Shown: positions 26,641 to 34,673 of the stretch, in pieces
Layout of the letters: each line of letters starts with the position of its first letter
Position numbering within the stretch: position 1 is the stretch's first letter
NCBI GenBank assembly: GCA_964632485.1
Contig: CAZWDO010000003.1
Coordinates: forward strand, 282,204 to 316,876
Direction: 5' to 3'
DNA length: 34,673 nucleotides
Source of the DNA: an uncultured bacterium
GTDB lineage: Bacteria > JAGOEH01
The notes under the pieces: generated by a model
The model's input: the letters and a program-made list of their open reading frames with translations, nothing else
What the model was told of the DNA's origin: nothing
The model's database searches: none
Position numbers and translations under genes: made by a program

Positions 26641-28378
26641 GTTGAACCTCCTCGATGGCGCTGAAACGGCAGACTTGGGCGCATAAACTACATCCAAAGC
26701 ATGAATTCGGGTCGATTGTAATGCGCTCTCCATCCCAGTTTATGGCCGGGCAGCCCAATTTAAGGCACATTTTGCATTTTTTACAGCGGTTGGGATCACT
26801 GAAAAAAATGCGTTCTTTTTTTAAATGAGGCAAAAGCGCGCAGGGACGCTTGCTGATGATGACCGATGGACTCTCAAGCTCGAAGTGTTCCAGCAAGATG
26901 TGTTGTATCTGAGCTAAATCATAAGGGTCCACCACATCTACTTTCTCGATCCCAATCGCCTGGCACAGTAATTTTAAATCCAGCTTGGATGATGGCGTAC
27001 CATTGATTCTGATACCGGTTACCGGGTTTGGCTGGTGGCCGGTCATGGCAGTTATGTCGTTGTCGAGAATCATAATCGTTGTATTAAGTTGATTGTAAAT
27101 CGCATCGATCAAGCCGGTAATTCCAGAATGAATAAAAGTAGAATCGCCGATAGTGGCAACAACACGTTGCTTGCTGCCTGATCGTTGCTTGATCATCTCG
27201 AATCCATTGGCGTTGGTAATGCTGGCGCCCATGCAAATGCAGGTATGCAAGGCGTTCAGGGGCGGCATATATCCCAGCGTATAACATCCGATATCTCCAT
27301 TGACTGTCGCTTTTAGTTTGTTCAGGCTATAATATATTCCTCGGTGGGGGCAGCCGGGACATAGGACTGGGGGGCGGTGGGGCAAGGCGGGAACTTCCCG
27401 GCACTCGGTTTTTTCTCCTAAAATGGTTTGTCGAATAATATCGGTAGAAAGCTCATAGCATATCGGAATAGTTCCTTTACCGACTGCGATCGGAATTCCA
27501 GCGGCGCGGATCGGTTCCTCCAGAAAAGGTTCCAATTCCTCAATGATATAAAGAGTTTCAACGGAGCGGCTGAAATTGTGTATCAACTCCCAGGGGAGTG
27601 GGAATACCATGCCCAATTTTAGAAAATGGGCATCAGGAAAAGCTTCTCTGGCATATTGATACGCCATTCCGCATGTAATAATGCCGATTTTGGAGGGGCC
27701 TTTTTCCCAACGGTTAAACGGGGAATTGCTATTGTAAGCGGAAAGTTTTTTCAGACGTTCTTCGACTTGCAGATGATGTTTCCTGGCTGATGACGGCAAA
27801 TTGACAAATTTTCCGTCCTGGAAATTAAACGAATATTCGGTCGGTTGTCGGACCGTTTCTTCCAGTTCGACAATTGTCTTAGTATGGGATACGAGTGTGG
27901 TCAATCGAAGAATGACGGGCGTATCAAAATCTTCAGACAATTGGAAACCTAATTTGACAAAATCTTTGGCTTCCTGGCTGTCTGCCGGTTCCAGCACTGG
28001 AACCTTGGCAAATCTCCCATAGAGCCGATTGTCCTGTTCGTTTTGGGAAGAATGCATAGAAGGGTCATCCGCTGTGATGATGATTAATCCTTTATGAACT
28101 CCGCTGTAGGAAGCCGTGAATAAAGGGTCGGCGGCGACATTGAGACCCACATGTTTCATGCAGGCGATGGCTCTTCCCCCGGCCATGGCGGCGCCATACG
28201 CAGTTTCCAATGCGGTTTTTTCATTGGTGGTCCAGGTGGATGTGATCTCAGGATAGATTTTCCCGATCGTCTCCAAAATTTCTGTACTCGGAGTTCCGGG
28301 ATATGCAACAGCAACCGCGCCATTGGCTTCCCATACGCCTCTGGCGATGGCTTCATTGCCTGATATAAGCGCTTTCAT
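26633..28378 (-). CDS. iorA: Indolepyruvate:ferredoxin oxidoreductase alpha subunit
   Basis: GNEAIARG, YPGTPSTE, MKHVGLNVAAD, SSQNEQD, CPGCPHR, GDIGCY, TPP motif GDSTF..DN and a C-terminal ferredoxin domain. Confidence 0.96.
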   Translation of the reverse strand: MKALISGNEAIARGVWEANGAVAVAYPGTPSTEILETIGKIYPEITSTWTTNEKTALETAYGAAMAGGRAIACMKHVGLNVAADPLFTASYSGVHKGLIIITADDPSMHSSQNEQDNRLYGRFAKVPVLEPADSQEAKDFVKLGFQLSEDFDTPVILRLTTLVSHTKTIVELEETVRQPTEYSFNFQDGKFVNLPSSARKHHLQVEERLKKLSAYNSNSPFNRWEKGPSKIGIITCGMAYQYAREAFPDAHFLKLGMVFPLPWELIHNFSRSVETLYIIEELEPFLEEPIRAAGIPIAVGKGTIPICYELSTDIIRQTILGEKTECREVPALPHRPPVLCPGCPHRGIYYSLNKLKATVNGDIGCYTLGYMPPLNALHTCICMGASITNANGFEMIKQRSGSKQRVVATIGDSTFIHSGITGLIDAIYNQLNTTIMILDNDITAMTGHQPNPVTGIRINGTPSSKLDLKLLCQAIGIEKVDVVDPYDLAQIQHILLEHFELESPSVIISKRPCALLPHLKKERIFFSDPNRCKKCKMCLKLGCPAINWDGERITIDPNSCFGCSLCAQVCRFSAIEEVQHA

Positions 28379-28496
28379 GGTCTTGCTCCTTTACTGGTAT
28401 CGTCAACGATTCTAAAAGTTCTGTCTCTATTTTCACCCTTCCCAAATTTCTATTGTGAAAACCCCGGGTAATTCAAAACCGTTACCCCAATCATTT

Positions 28497-28525
28497 AATT
28501 TAATGTATGGAAAGGCTTTTGTCAA
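28497..28525 (-). promoter_or_regulatory. Sigma70-type promoter for iorA
   Basis: Minus strand TTGACA (28525-28520), 17 nt, TAAATT (28502-28497). Confidence 0.65.
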
Positions 28526-28657
28526 GCAATTTAAGTCAAAAATAAAGAAAGGGTCAAAAAATTATACCAGGAATTGCATAAAAAAATAGGCAAGAAGAAA
28601 TAAACAAATAAAAACTCTAAAATAGGCATAGAAAAGTGATTATTGATAAGCGGATTT

Positions 28658-28990
28658 TTAAGTTTCCCAAAAGTATTCATGGTAAAGGTAAAGTCGGTAT
28701 AAAAACAATTCCGTATTTCCATCCATCATGTAAATACGCCAGGACACTCCCAAATGTCGATCGGCAACTGTTCTTGCCATCTTTACTTTTGCCCGTCTAC
28801 GGTTCAACCACGTCTCTGATTTAAAGGAGAATCTCCTCGGCGGTTCCCAGATAAATGCTTCGAGAAATGACTTTGCTTTTCCCGCTGCCCTTACACTTTC
28901 CCTGCACCTTAGCATCTATCCTGGCTCGATAGGAATGATGATAGCAGAAATAACGGGTATTGCCTACAATTTCCTGATAGCGTTCAGCTT
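28658..28990 (-). pseudogene. Degenerate IS1634-like transposase remnant
   Basis: Minus frame from 28964: GNTRYFCYHHSYRARIDAKVQGKCKGSGKSKVISRSIYLGTAEEILL*IRDVVEP*TGKSKDGKNSCR. YLGTAEEI and GKSKDGK resemble the N-terminal and GHSKD motifs I recall from IS1634-family transposases. It has in-frame stops and appears internally deleted. Confidence 0.55.
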
Positions 28991-30751
28991 AGAATATTGA
29001 GAAACGATATTGTTGATTGTAGCCTTGAGTAGCATCTTTTCGACGGGTTTGGCAAGGTAGGCGTCACAACCCGCCTGATAGACCTTTTTTCGGTCATCAG
29101 GCTGGGCATAGGCGGTCAATGCAATAATTGGAAGGTCAGGTCGTTCGGTTTTGATCAATTGAGTCGCTTCATACCCATCCATCACTGGCATTTTGATATC
29201 CATGAGCACTAATTCCACGTAAGGATTGGCTCTGCAAATATCCATGGCTTCTTTGCCGTTTTGCGCCCAAACGGAGGACCATCCCCATTCTTGTAATAAT
29301 TCATTAATATAAAGGTAATTCGCAGCGTCATCCTCTGCAATCAAAACTTTCCGCTCATCAAACCGATACGGGGCGGTATCATTACGCGTTTCATGCGCTT
29401 TTAGGGAGATTTTATCAATTTGGTCCCATATTCGTCGATACGGAATTGAAAAATAAAAAGTAGTTCCCACGCCCTGTTGAGACTCAAGCCAAATTTTCCC
29501 CCCAAGCAGCCGCGTTATTGCTTCCGCAATAGTCAATCCGATACCGGAACCGCCATAATTGCGAGTATAATGAGACTCATATTGACGAAAGCGATCAAAT
29601 ACATAAGGTTGGAAAGCAGGATCGATTCCAATTCCGGTATCTGAGACATAAAACTCGATCTCTTTGCCTGCCAGGCGGTATCCCAAACGAATCGCTCCGG
29701 AGTGAGTGAATTTAAACGCATTGGATAGCAGATTGGCCAAAATCTGACGCAATCGTTTCTCATCGGTTTCCACGACCGATTCTTCATCACTAAGCCCGGT
29801 TTCGCATGTAAACTCGATATGAGAAGGCTGTACCTGTTGTGAATAGAAAGAACCAAGTTCATGAATCAGCATGTTGAGTGAAACCGGGCCCCAAACTGCT
29901 TCGATTTGCTGACTCTCAATAGCTGCGATTTCGAGTATGTCTTCGATAACTAACTGTAATCGGTTCCCACTATCCAAAATCACTTGAATGTATTGGCTTT
30001 TTTTATCATCGGACAGGTCAGGCTCTTTCAGCAATTGGGAGAATCCCATAATGCCATTGAGCGGGGTGCGGATTTCATGCGACATATTCGCCAGAAAAGC
30101 AGTTTTCAAACGATCGCTCTCTTCCGCTTTGTCCCGGGCGATTTTTAATTCTGTTTCTGTTTTCTTTAGTGTAGTGATATCCAAAAAAATCCCGATCAAC
30201 TGATATACATTTTGATTCCTGTCGATTAAAGGATTGATTTTGATATTGAGAATCCGTCGTCCATTGGTCAGGCTGAAAGTTTCTTCTGAAACATCCAATT
30301 CCCGGGAAAGCGCAGCTTTACTACAGACTTGACGCAGGTAACCAACTAAATCTGAACCTGTACTCTCGGCAAGAGAATCCAGTGGTTTTCTTTCCACTTG
30401 CTGGCTCCAGACACCTAACAACTCCTCGCATCGGGGATTGATAAATTCGATGGTAAAATCCGTTTCCCGGGCGACATCAATAAGGAGAATCGCTACAGGG
30501 AAACGTATGAGAATCTCCTTCAGGTCGATTCCATCTATCGACACCGTCAGCCTATCTATTAATTCGACCATAGGTTGAGTATCCGGAACAACCGACCGCC
30601 ATTCTTTCAAATCAAGAGATACACCGTTAGGACTTGTGATATGCAATCCCGGTGAGATTTTCTCAAAAAGTACTTCGTAGAACCGGTTTATACGAGTAAG
30701 CTCTCTGACCCTCTTTTCCAGTTCCACACACATAGCTTCATGGGCTTTCAT
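28964..30751 (-). CDS. Cytoplasmic PAS-domain hybrid histidine kinase / response regulator
   Basis: PAS-like region, H-box FLANMSHEIRTPLNGI, N-box NLLSNAFKFT, DTGIGI, GSGIGL and receiver AEDD..MDIKMP..KP. No TM segment. SD AGGAGG. Confidence 0.95.
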   Translation of the reverse strand: MKAHEAMCVELEKRVRELTRINRFYEVLFEKISPGLHITSPNGVSLDLKEWRSVVPDTQPMVELIDRLTVSIDGIDLKEILIRFPVAILLIDVARETDFTIEFINPRCEELLGVWSQQVERKPLDSLAESTGSDLVGYLRQVCSKAALSRELDVSEETFSLTNGRRILNIKINPLIDRNQNVYQLIGIFLDITTLKKTETELKIARDKAEESDRLKTAFLANMSHEIRTPLNGIMGFSQLLKEPDLSDDKKSQYIQVILDSGNRLQLVIEDILEIAAIESQQIEAVWGPVSLNMLIHELGSFYSQQVQPSHIEFTCETGLSDEESVVETDEKRLRQILANLLSNAFKFTHSGAIRLGYRLAGKEIEFYVSDTGIGIDPAFQPYVFDRFRQYESHYTRNYGGSGIGLTIAEAITRLLGGKIWLESQQGVGTTFYFSIPYRRIWDQIDKISLKAHETRNDTAPYRFDERKVLIAEDDAANYLYINELLQEWGWSSVWAQNGKEAMDICRANPYVELVLMDIKMPVMDGYEATQLIKTERPDLPIIALTAYAQPDDRKKVYQAGCDAYLAKPVEKMLLKATINNIVSQYSKLNAIRKL

Positions 30752-30879
30752 AGTTTCCTCCTAAAAAAAACATCAATCCCAAGCATTTATCTTAAGACTA
30801 CGCAGTACAAATATGCTGATACGTTAAAAAATTTTAAAAATTTCTGCTTGCTTAATGGTTACCAGGCTTCAATTAATTT

Positions 30880-30907
30880 AATATAAGCAATCGAATGTAT
30901 TTGTCAA
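30880..30907 (-). promoter_or_regulatory. Sigma70-type promoter for the hybrid kinase
   Basis: Minus strand TTGACA (30907-30902), 16 nt, TATATT (30885-30880). Confidence 0.6.
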
Positions 30908-31114
30908 TATTTTTTTTTGCTATGTAAAATGAATTTTATGACTAAAAATTATTTATGGAATCGGTCTCCGGGGATAAAGCTGTCCTCACTCCCATCGTCG
31001 TACTCATTCACAGGCAGCCGATAACCCTGATCATGCGCGAACTGGTCTATGGACACTCTCCTGAATGGCGGGTGAACAACAGGAAAAACTCAATTAGAGT
31101 ATTACAATGAATAT

Positions 31115-31465
31115 ATGACAGATATTTCCTGCATACCCGAAGAAATCGACTGTTTATCCTCTACGTTGATGGTTGTCGTTTTGGACCCCGGCGACCGGGT
31201 TCAGCCGGCTTCCCCTACCAACTACCGTGTACCCTTGCTGCTGGTCAGAAAGGATATCAAGGGTGAGGAAAACTTTGATTTGTTATCCCGTCTGGATTTG
31301 ACACCTATCTTAAACACCTACCTATTCAACACCCCTCACCCGCATAATTCAACTCAAATGAGAATTGTTCTTGGTTGTGGCAAAACCACAGTTTATTTCG
31401 ATTTGCCTGAACGTTTCTTCCAGGCGAATTTCATGAAAATCCGAAGAGACATGAGAGAAATTTGA
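31115..31465 (+). CDS. Hypothetical protein or remnant of a decayed gene
   Basis: The only sizeable ORF (116 aa) in this gap. No SD and no motif that I recognise. Confidence 0.35.
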   Translation: MTDISCIPEEIDCLSSTLMVVVLDPGDRVQPASPTNYRVPLLLVRKDIKGEENFDLLSRLDLTPILNTYLFNTPHPHNSTQMRIVLGCGKTTVYFDLPERFFQANFMKIRRDMREI

Positions 31466-31525
31466 TTTTTGCGCTGAAAAAATCAACAAATGATTGAGCT
31501 AAATGAAAATAATTCAAAAAACGGC

Positions 31526-31553
31526 TTGACTTTAATAAAAAAAAAGCTATATT
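31526..31553 (+). promoter_or_regulatory. Sigma70-type promoter for the str operon
   Basis: TTGACT (31526-31531), 16 nt, TATATT (31548-31553), with an A-rich UP-like region upstream. Confidence 0.65.
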
Positions 31554-31624
31554 AATAAGTCTCTGTTAGAAAAAAAAATGGCTATTTTGTCAAGAAAAGA
31601 TGAACGTGTAACAGGAGGAACTGA

Positions 31625-32017
31625 TTGCCAACCATTAACCAATTAGTCCGGAAAGGGCGCCAGGCTGTCATTAAGAAGACGGCGGCACCGGCATTGCAAG
31701 AATGCCCACAAAAGCGGGGCGTATGTACGCGCGTGTACACGACGACCCCCAAAAAGCCGAATTCGGCGATGCGTAAAGTGGCCCGTGTTCGTTTATCCAA
31801 CGGAATTGAAGTGACGGCTTATATCCCGGGTGAAGGGCACAAGCTCCAGGAACATTCGATTGTGATGATTCGCGGCGGCCGCGTAAAGGATTTGCCGGGT
31901 ATTCGTTACCATATTGTTCGCGGTACCCTGGATTCAGATGGCGTAGCGGATCGTAAGAAAAGTCGTTCCAAATATGGAACCAAGCGGCCTAAAAAACAGG
32001 CTAAACCCAAGAAGTAA
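31625..32017 (+). CDS. rpsL: 30S ribosomal protein S12
   Basis: [17 protein letters not shown] and GGRVKDLPG motifs. TTG start with AGGAGG SD. Confidence 0.99.
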   Translation: MPTINQLVRKGRQAVIKKTAAPALQECPQKRGVCTRVYTTTPKKPNSAMRKVARVRLSNGIEVTAYIPGEGHKLQEHSIVMIRGGRVKDLPGIRYHIVRGTLDSDGVADRKKSRSKYGTKRPKKQAKPKK

Positions 32018-32032
32018 CCAGGAGCAGGGATC

Positions 32033-32503
32033 ATGTCAAGACGAAAAAGAGCGCAGCACCGGGAGATTTTACCCGATCCTATTTACTACGATTTTTTGCT
32101 GGCGAAGTTTGTCAACTATGTAATGCGTAGTGGCAAAAAATCGACTGCCGAGAATATTCTCTACGGCGCGATTGAGATTTTAGGTAAAAAAACCGGAAAG
32201 AATGGTTTGGAAGTTTTGCATAAAGCCGTGGAAAACGTAAAACCCTTAATTGAAGTAAAATCACGGCGTGTGGGTGGCGCAACCTACCAGGTACCGGTTG
32301 AAGTCAGACCTGACCGGAAACTGGCATTGGCTTTGCGTTGGATTATTGGGGTTGCAAAAAGCAACAAAGGTCGTTCCATGGCCGATCGACTGGCAAATGA
32401 GTTGCACCTGGCCTTTAAAGGCGAAGGCGCTTCGATCAAGAAACGGGAAGATACTCATAAAATGGCCGAAGCCAATAAAGCCTTTGCCCACTATCGCTGG
32501 TAA
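32033..32503 (+). CDS. rpsG: 30S ribosomal protein S7
   Basis: [14 protein letters not shown] and [15 protein letters not shown] motifs. Confidence 0.99.
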   Translation: MSRRKRAQHREILPDPIYYDFLLAKFVNYVMRSGKKSTAENILYGAIEILGKKTGKNGLEVLHKAVENVKPLIEVKSRRVGGATYQVPVEVRPDRKLALALRWIIGVAKSNKGRSMADRLANELHLAFKGEGASIKKREDTHKMAEANKAFAHYRW

Positions 32504-32531
32504 CCTATTAGCAAAAAGGAATGATTGATTG

Positions 32532-34601
32532 ATGCCAAGAGAAGTGCAACTGGATAAAGTACGTAACATCGGGATTATGGCCCATATTGATGCTGGAAAG
32601 ACTACGACGACTGAGAGAATTCTTTTCTATACCGGAAAGACTTACAAAATAGGCGAAGTCCACGATGGAAACGCGACTATGGACTGGATGGAGCAGGAAA
32701 AAGAACGTGGAATCACGATAACTTCAGCCGCAACGACCTGCAGTTGGCGTAACCATAAAATTAATATTATTGACACCCCCGGACATGTCGATTTTACCGC
32801 CGAAGTGGAACGGTCATTGCGTGTGCTGGATGGGGCGATTGCCCTTTTCTGCGCGGTGGGTGGCGTTGAACCGCAGTCAGAGACCGTTTGGCGGCAAGCC
32901 GATAAGTACAATGTACCGCGAATGGCTTTTGTCAACAAAATGGATCGTATCGGCGCTGATTTTTTCCGCACGGTTAAAATGATGCGGGAACGGTTGGGAG
33001 CAAACCCCATCACGATTCAAATCCCTCTCGGTGGTGGCCGATTCATTAACAAACTGATCGATTTAATCACAATGAAAGCTATTTCCTGGGATGACCATAA
33101 TCTGGGTTCTACCTACGATGAATTTGATATCCCCAGCGATATGCTCGAAGAGGCAAAGGCTGCCCGCGAACATTTGCTTGAAGCTATTTCGGAATACGAT
33201 GATTCATTAATGGAAAAGTTTTTGGAAAACATGCCCATCAATCCCGTAGAAATCAAACGCGCATTGCGCAAAGCCACTATCAACTGCGATGTCGTACCGG
33301 TACTTTGCGGTTCTTCGTTCCGCAATAAAGGTGTTCAACGCTTGTTGGATGCAGTGATCGACTTTCTGCCCTCCCCGGTTGATGTTCCCTCGGTTAGCGG
33401 TGTCGATTTGGACAACGAAGGGAGTGAACGGACGGCTGGCGATGAGCATCCATTTGCCGCATTAGCCTTTAAGATCATGACAGACCCGTATGTGGGACGT
33501 TTGACATTTGTGCGGGTTTATTCCGGTATACTCAATGCCGGCACTTATATTTATAATGCTAACAAAAAAAACAAAGAACGTGTGAGCCGTATCCTACAGA
33601 TGCACGCCAACAAACGTGAGGAGATAAACTGTCTCTATTCGGGCGATATTGGCGCGGTCATCGGGCTCAAAGACACCAAAACCGGCGATACACTTTGCGA
33701 TGAGTCCAATCCGATTGTGCTCGAATCGATGCAGTTCCCCGAGCCGGTGATCAATATTGCTATTGAACCGAAAACCAAGGCAGGGCTGGATAGACTGACC
33801 AGTTCCATTCTGAAACTGGCGGAGGAAGACCCAACGTTTCGTATGCGTAGCGACATCGATACCGGCCAGATGATTATTAGTGGTATGGGCGAGCTTCATC
33901 TTGAAATCATTGTTGACCGTCTTTTGCGCGAATTTAATGTCGAAGCGAATGTCGGCAAGCCTGAGGTTGCTTACAAAGAAGCCATTACCCGGGCGGGTCG
34001 CGCCGAACTCAGATATGTGAAACAGACTGGCGGTAAAGGGCAATTCGCGCATGTTGTCATTGAGATTGAGCCCTTGCCGAATCATTCCGGCTTTGAATTC
34101 GTCAATAAAATCATTGGTGGTTCGATTCCCAAAGAATACATTAAGCCGGTGGAAGAAGGAATTCGTCAGGCATTGGATAATGGTGTCCTGGCCGGTTATC
34201 CCCTGGAAGGTGTCCGCGCCTACTTATTGGACGGTAGCTTTCATGCGGTGGATTCTTCTGAAATGGCGTTTAAAATTGCCGGGTCAATGGCGTTGAAGGA
34301 TGCTGCTAAAAAAGCTGGCGCTGTTTTAATGGAACCGATTATGGATTTAGAAGTTGTTACGCCCGAAAAATATCTGGGCGAGGTCATCGGCGATATTAAT
34401 AGTCGCCGTGGAAAAGTTTTTGCGATGGAAGACCGCAATGAAGCCAAAGTCATTCGGGCTTACATCCCATTGAGTGAAACTTTCGGGTATGCTACCTCTT
34501 TACGATCTTCCACCCAGGGCCGGGCTATTTTTACCATGCAATTCAGCCGGTTCCAGGAAGTCCCCGGAAGTATTGCAGAAAAAATAATCAGTCGCTATTA
34601 A
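32532..34601 (+). CDS. fusA: Elongation factor G
   Basis: [27 protein letters not shown] and GMGELHLEI motifs. Start is ATG 32532 or TTG 32529. Confidence 0.99.
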   Translation: MPREVQLDKVRNIGIMAHIDAGKTTTTERILFYTGKTYKIGEVHDGNATMDWMEQEKERGITITSAATTCSWRNHKINIIDTPGHVDFTAEVERSLRVLDGAIALFCAVGGVEPQSETVWRQADKYNVPRMAFVNKMDRIGADFFRTVKMMRERLGANPITIQIPLGGGRFINKLIDLITMKAISWDDHNLGSTYDEFDIPSDMLEEAKAAREHLLEAISEYDDSLMEKFLENMPINPVEIKRALRKATINCDVVPVLCGSSFRNKGVQRLLDAVIDFLPSPVDVPSVSGVDLDNEGSERTAGDEHPFAALAFKIMTDPYVGRLTFVRVYSGILNAGTYIYNANKKNKERVSRILQMHANKREEINCLYSGDIGAVIGLKDTKTGDTLCDESNPIVLESMQFPEPVINIAIEPKTKAGLDRLTSSILKLAEEDPTFRMRSDIDTGQMIISGMGELHLEIIVDRLLREFNVEANVGKPEVAYKEAITRAGRAELRYVKQTGGKGQFAHVVIEIEPLPNHSGFEFVNKIIGGSIPKEYIKPVEEGIRQALDNGVLAGYPLEGVRAYLLDGSFHAVDSSEMAFKIAGSMALKDAAKKAGAVLMEPIMDLEVVTPEKYLGEVIGDINSRRGKVFAMEDRNEAKVIRAYIPLSETFGYATSLRSSTQGRAIFTMQFSRFQEVPGSIAEKIISRY

Positions 34602-34618
34602 AAATAAGGAGTAAACTC

Positions 34619-34673
34619 ATGGCGAAGGAAAAATTTTCGCGGACAAAACCGCATGTGAATATAGGAACGATCG
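34619..34673 (+). CDS. tuf: Elongation factor Tu, 5' fragment
   Basis: Not in the ORF track. TAAGGAG SD then MAKEKFSRTKPHVNIGTI running off the window. Confidence 0.97.
   Translation, partial: MAKEKFSRTKPHVNIGTI

Noticed and set aside
28531..28915. Short ORFs of 62-85 aa as real genes
   Set aside because: They overlap each other, lack SDs, and are better explained by the transposase remnant and AT-rich spacer DNA.
31017..31024. Second GCCGATAA sigma28-like box
   Set aside because: No TAAA-like -35 and no credible target. Roughly one such 8-mer is expected by chance in a window this size.
31073..31075. In-frame TGA as selenocysteine or recoded stop
   Set aside because: No Cys-like context or SECIS-like hairpin is evident, the same frame also has a TAA, and TGA is an ordinary stop in many genes here.
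31625..32017. Streptomycin-resistance substitutions in S12
   Set aside because: The key Lys residues in PKKPNSA and RVKDLPG are wild type.
1..34673. CRISPR arrays, tRNA/rRNA genes, prophage or integrase genes
   Set aside because: I found no regularly spaced repeats, cloverleaf signatures or phage-like proteins by eye. A tRNAscan/Infernal run would be needed to exclude small RNAs fully.

Overview
Bacterial chromosomal window made mostly of housekeeping genes, probably from an anaerobe or facultative anaerobe of an FCB-related candidate lineage (inferred from protein style, not from a search). In order: a partial TIGR01212-type radical SAM gene missed by the ORF track; comF-like; the rod-shape operon rodA-mrdA-mreD-mreC-mreB; a small membrane ORF; alpha2-type glyQS; coaE; an AT-rich three-gene cluster of predicted exported proteins (one ending in a TSWGRIKYLF motif, the others TPR-like or helical); rodZ coupled to an HDOD protein; a stand-alone flagellar rod/hook C-terminal-like protein with a possible sigma28 box; an atypical hisS; a grpE with a long N-terminal extension; an NAD-dependent epimerase overlapped by an unlisted 52-aa DUF5989/SxtK-like gene; a ferritin-like protein; a long minus-strand run iorA-iorB-STAS-purA-DUF1998 helicase-HExxH metallopeptidase-S9 peptidase; a decayed IS1634-like transposase remnant; a PAS hybrid histidine kinase; and rpsL-rpsG-fusA-tuf (partial). 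Sigma70-type promoters (TTGACA-N16/17-TAnnnT) are visible in most intergenic gaps, and three genes look leaderless. I saw no rRNA, tRNA, CRISPR array or intact mobile element. The best candidates for undescribed biology are the WGxIK-tailed exported protein with its TPR-like partners, the extended orphan GrpE, the peptidase/IOR transcription unit and the orphan DUF5989 gene. All family assignments come from recognised motifs, not database searches.
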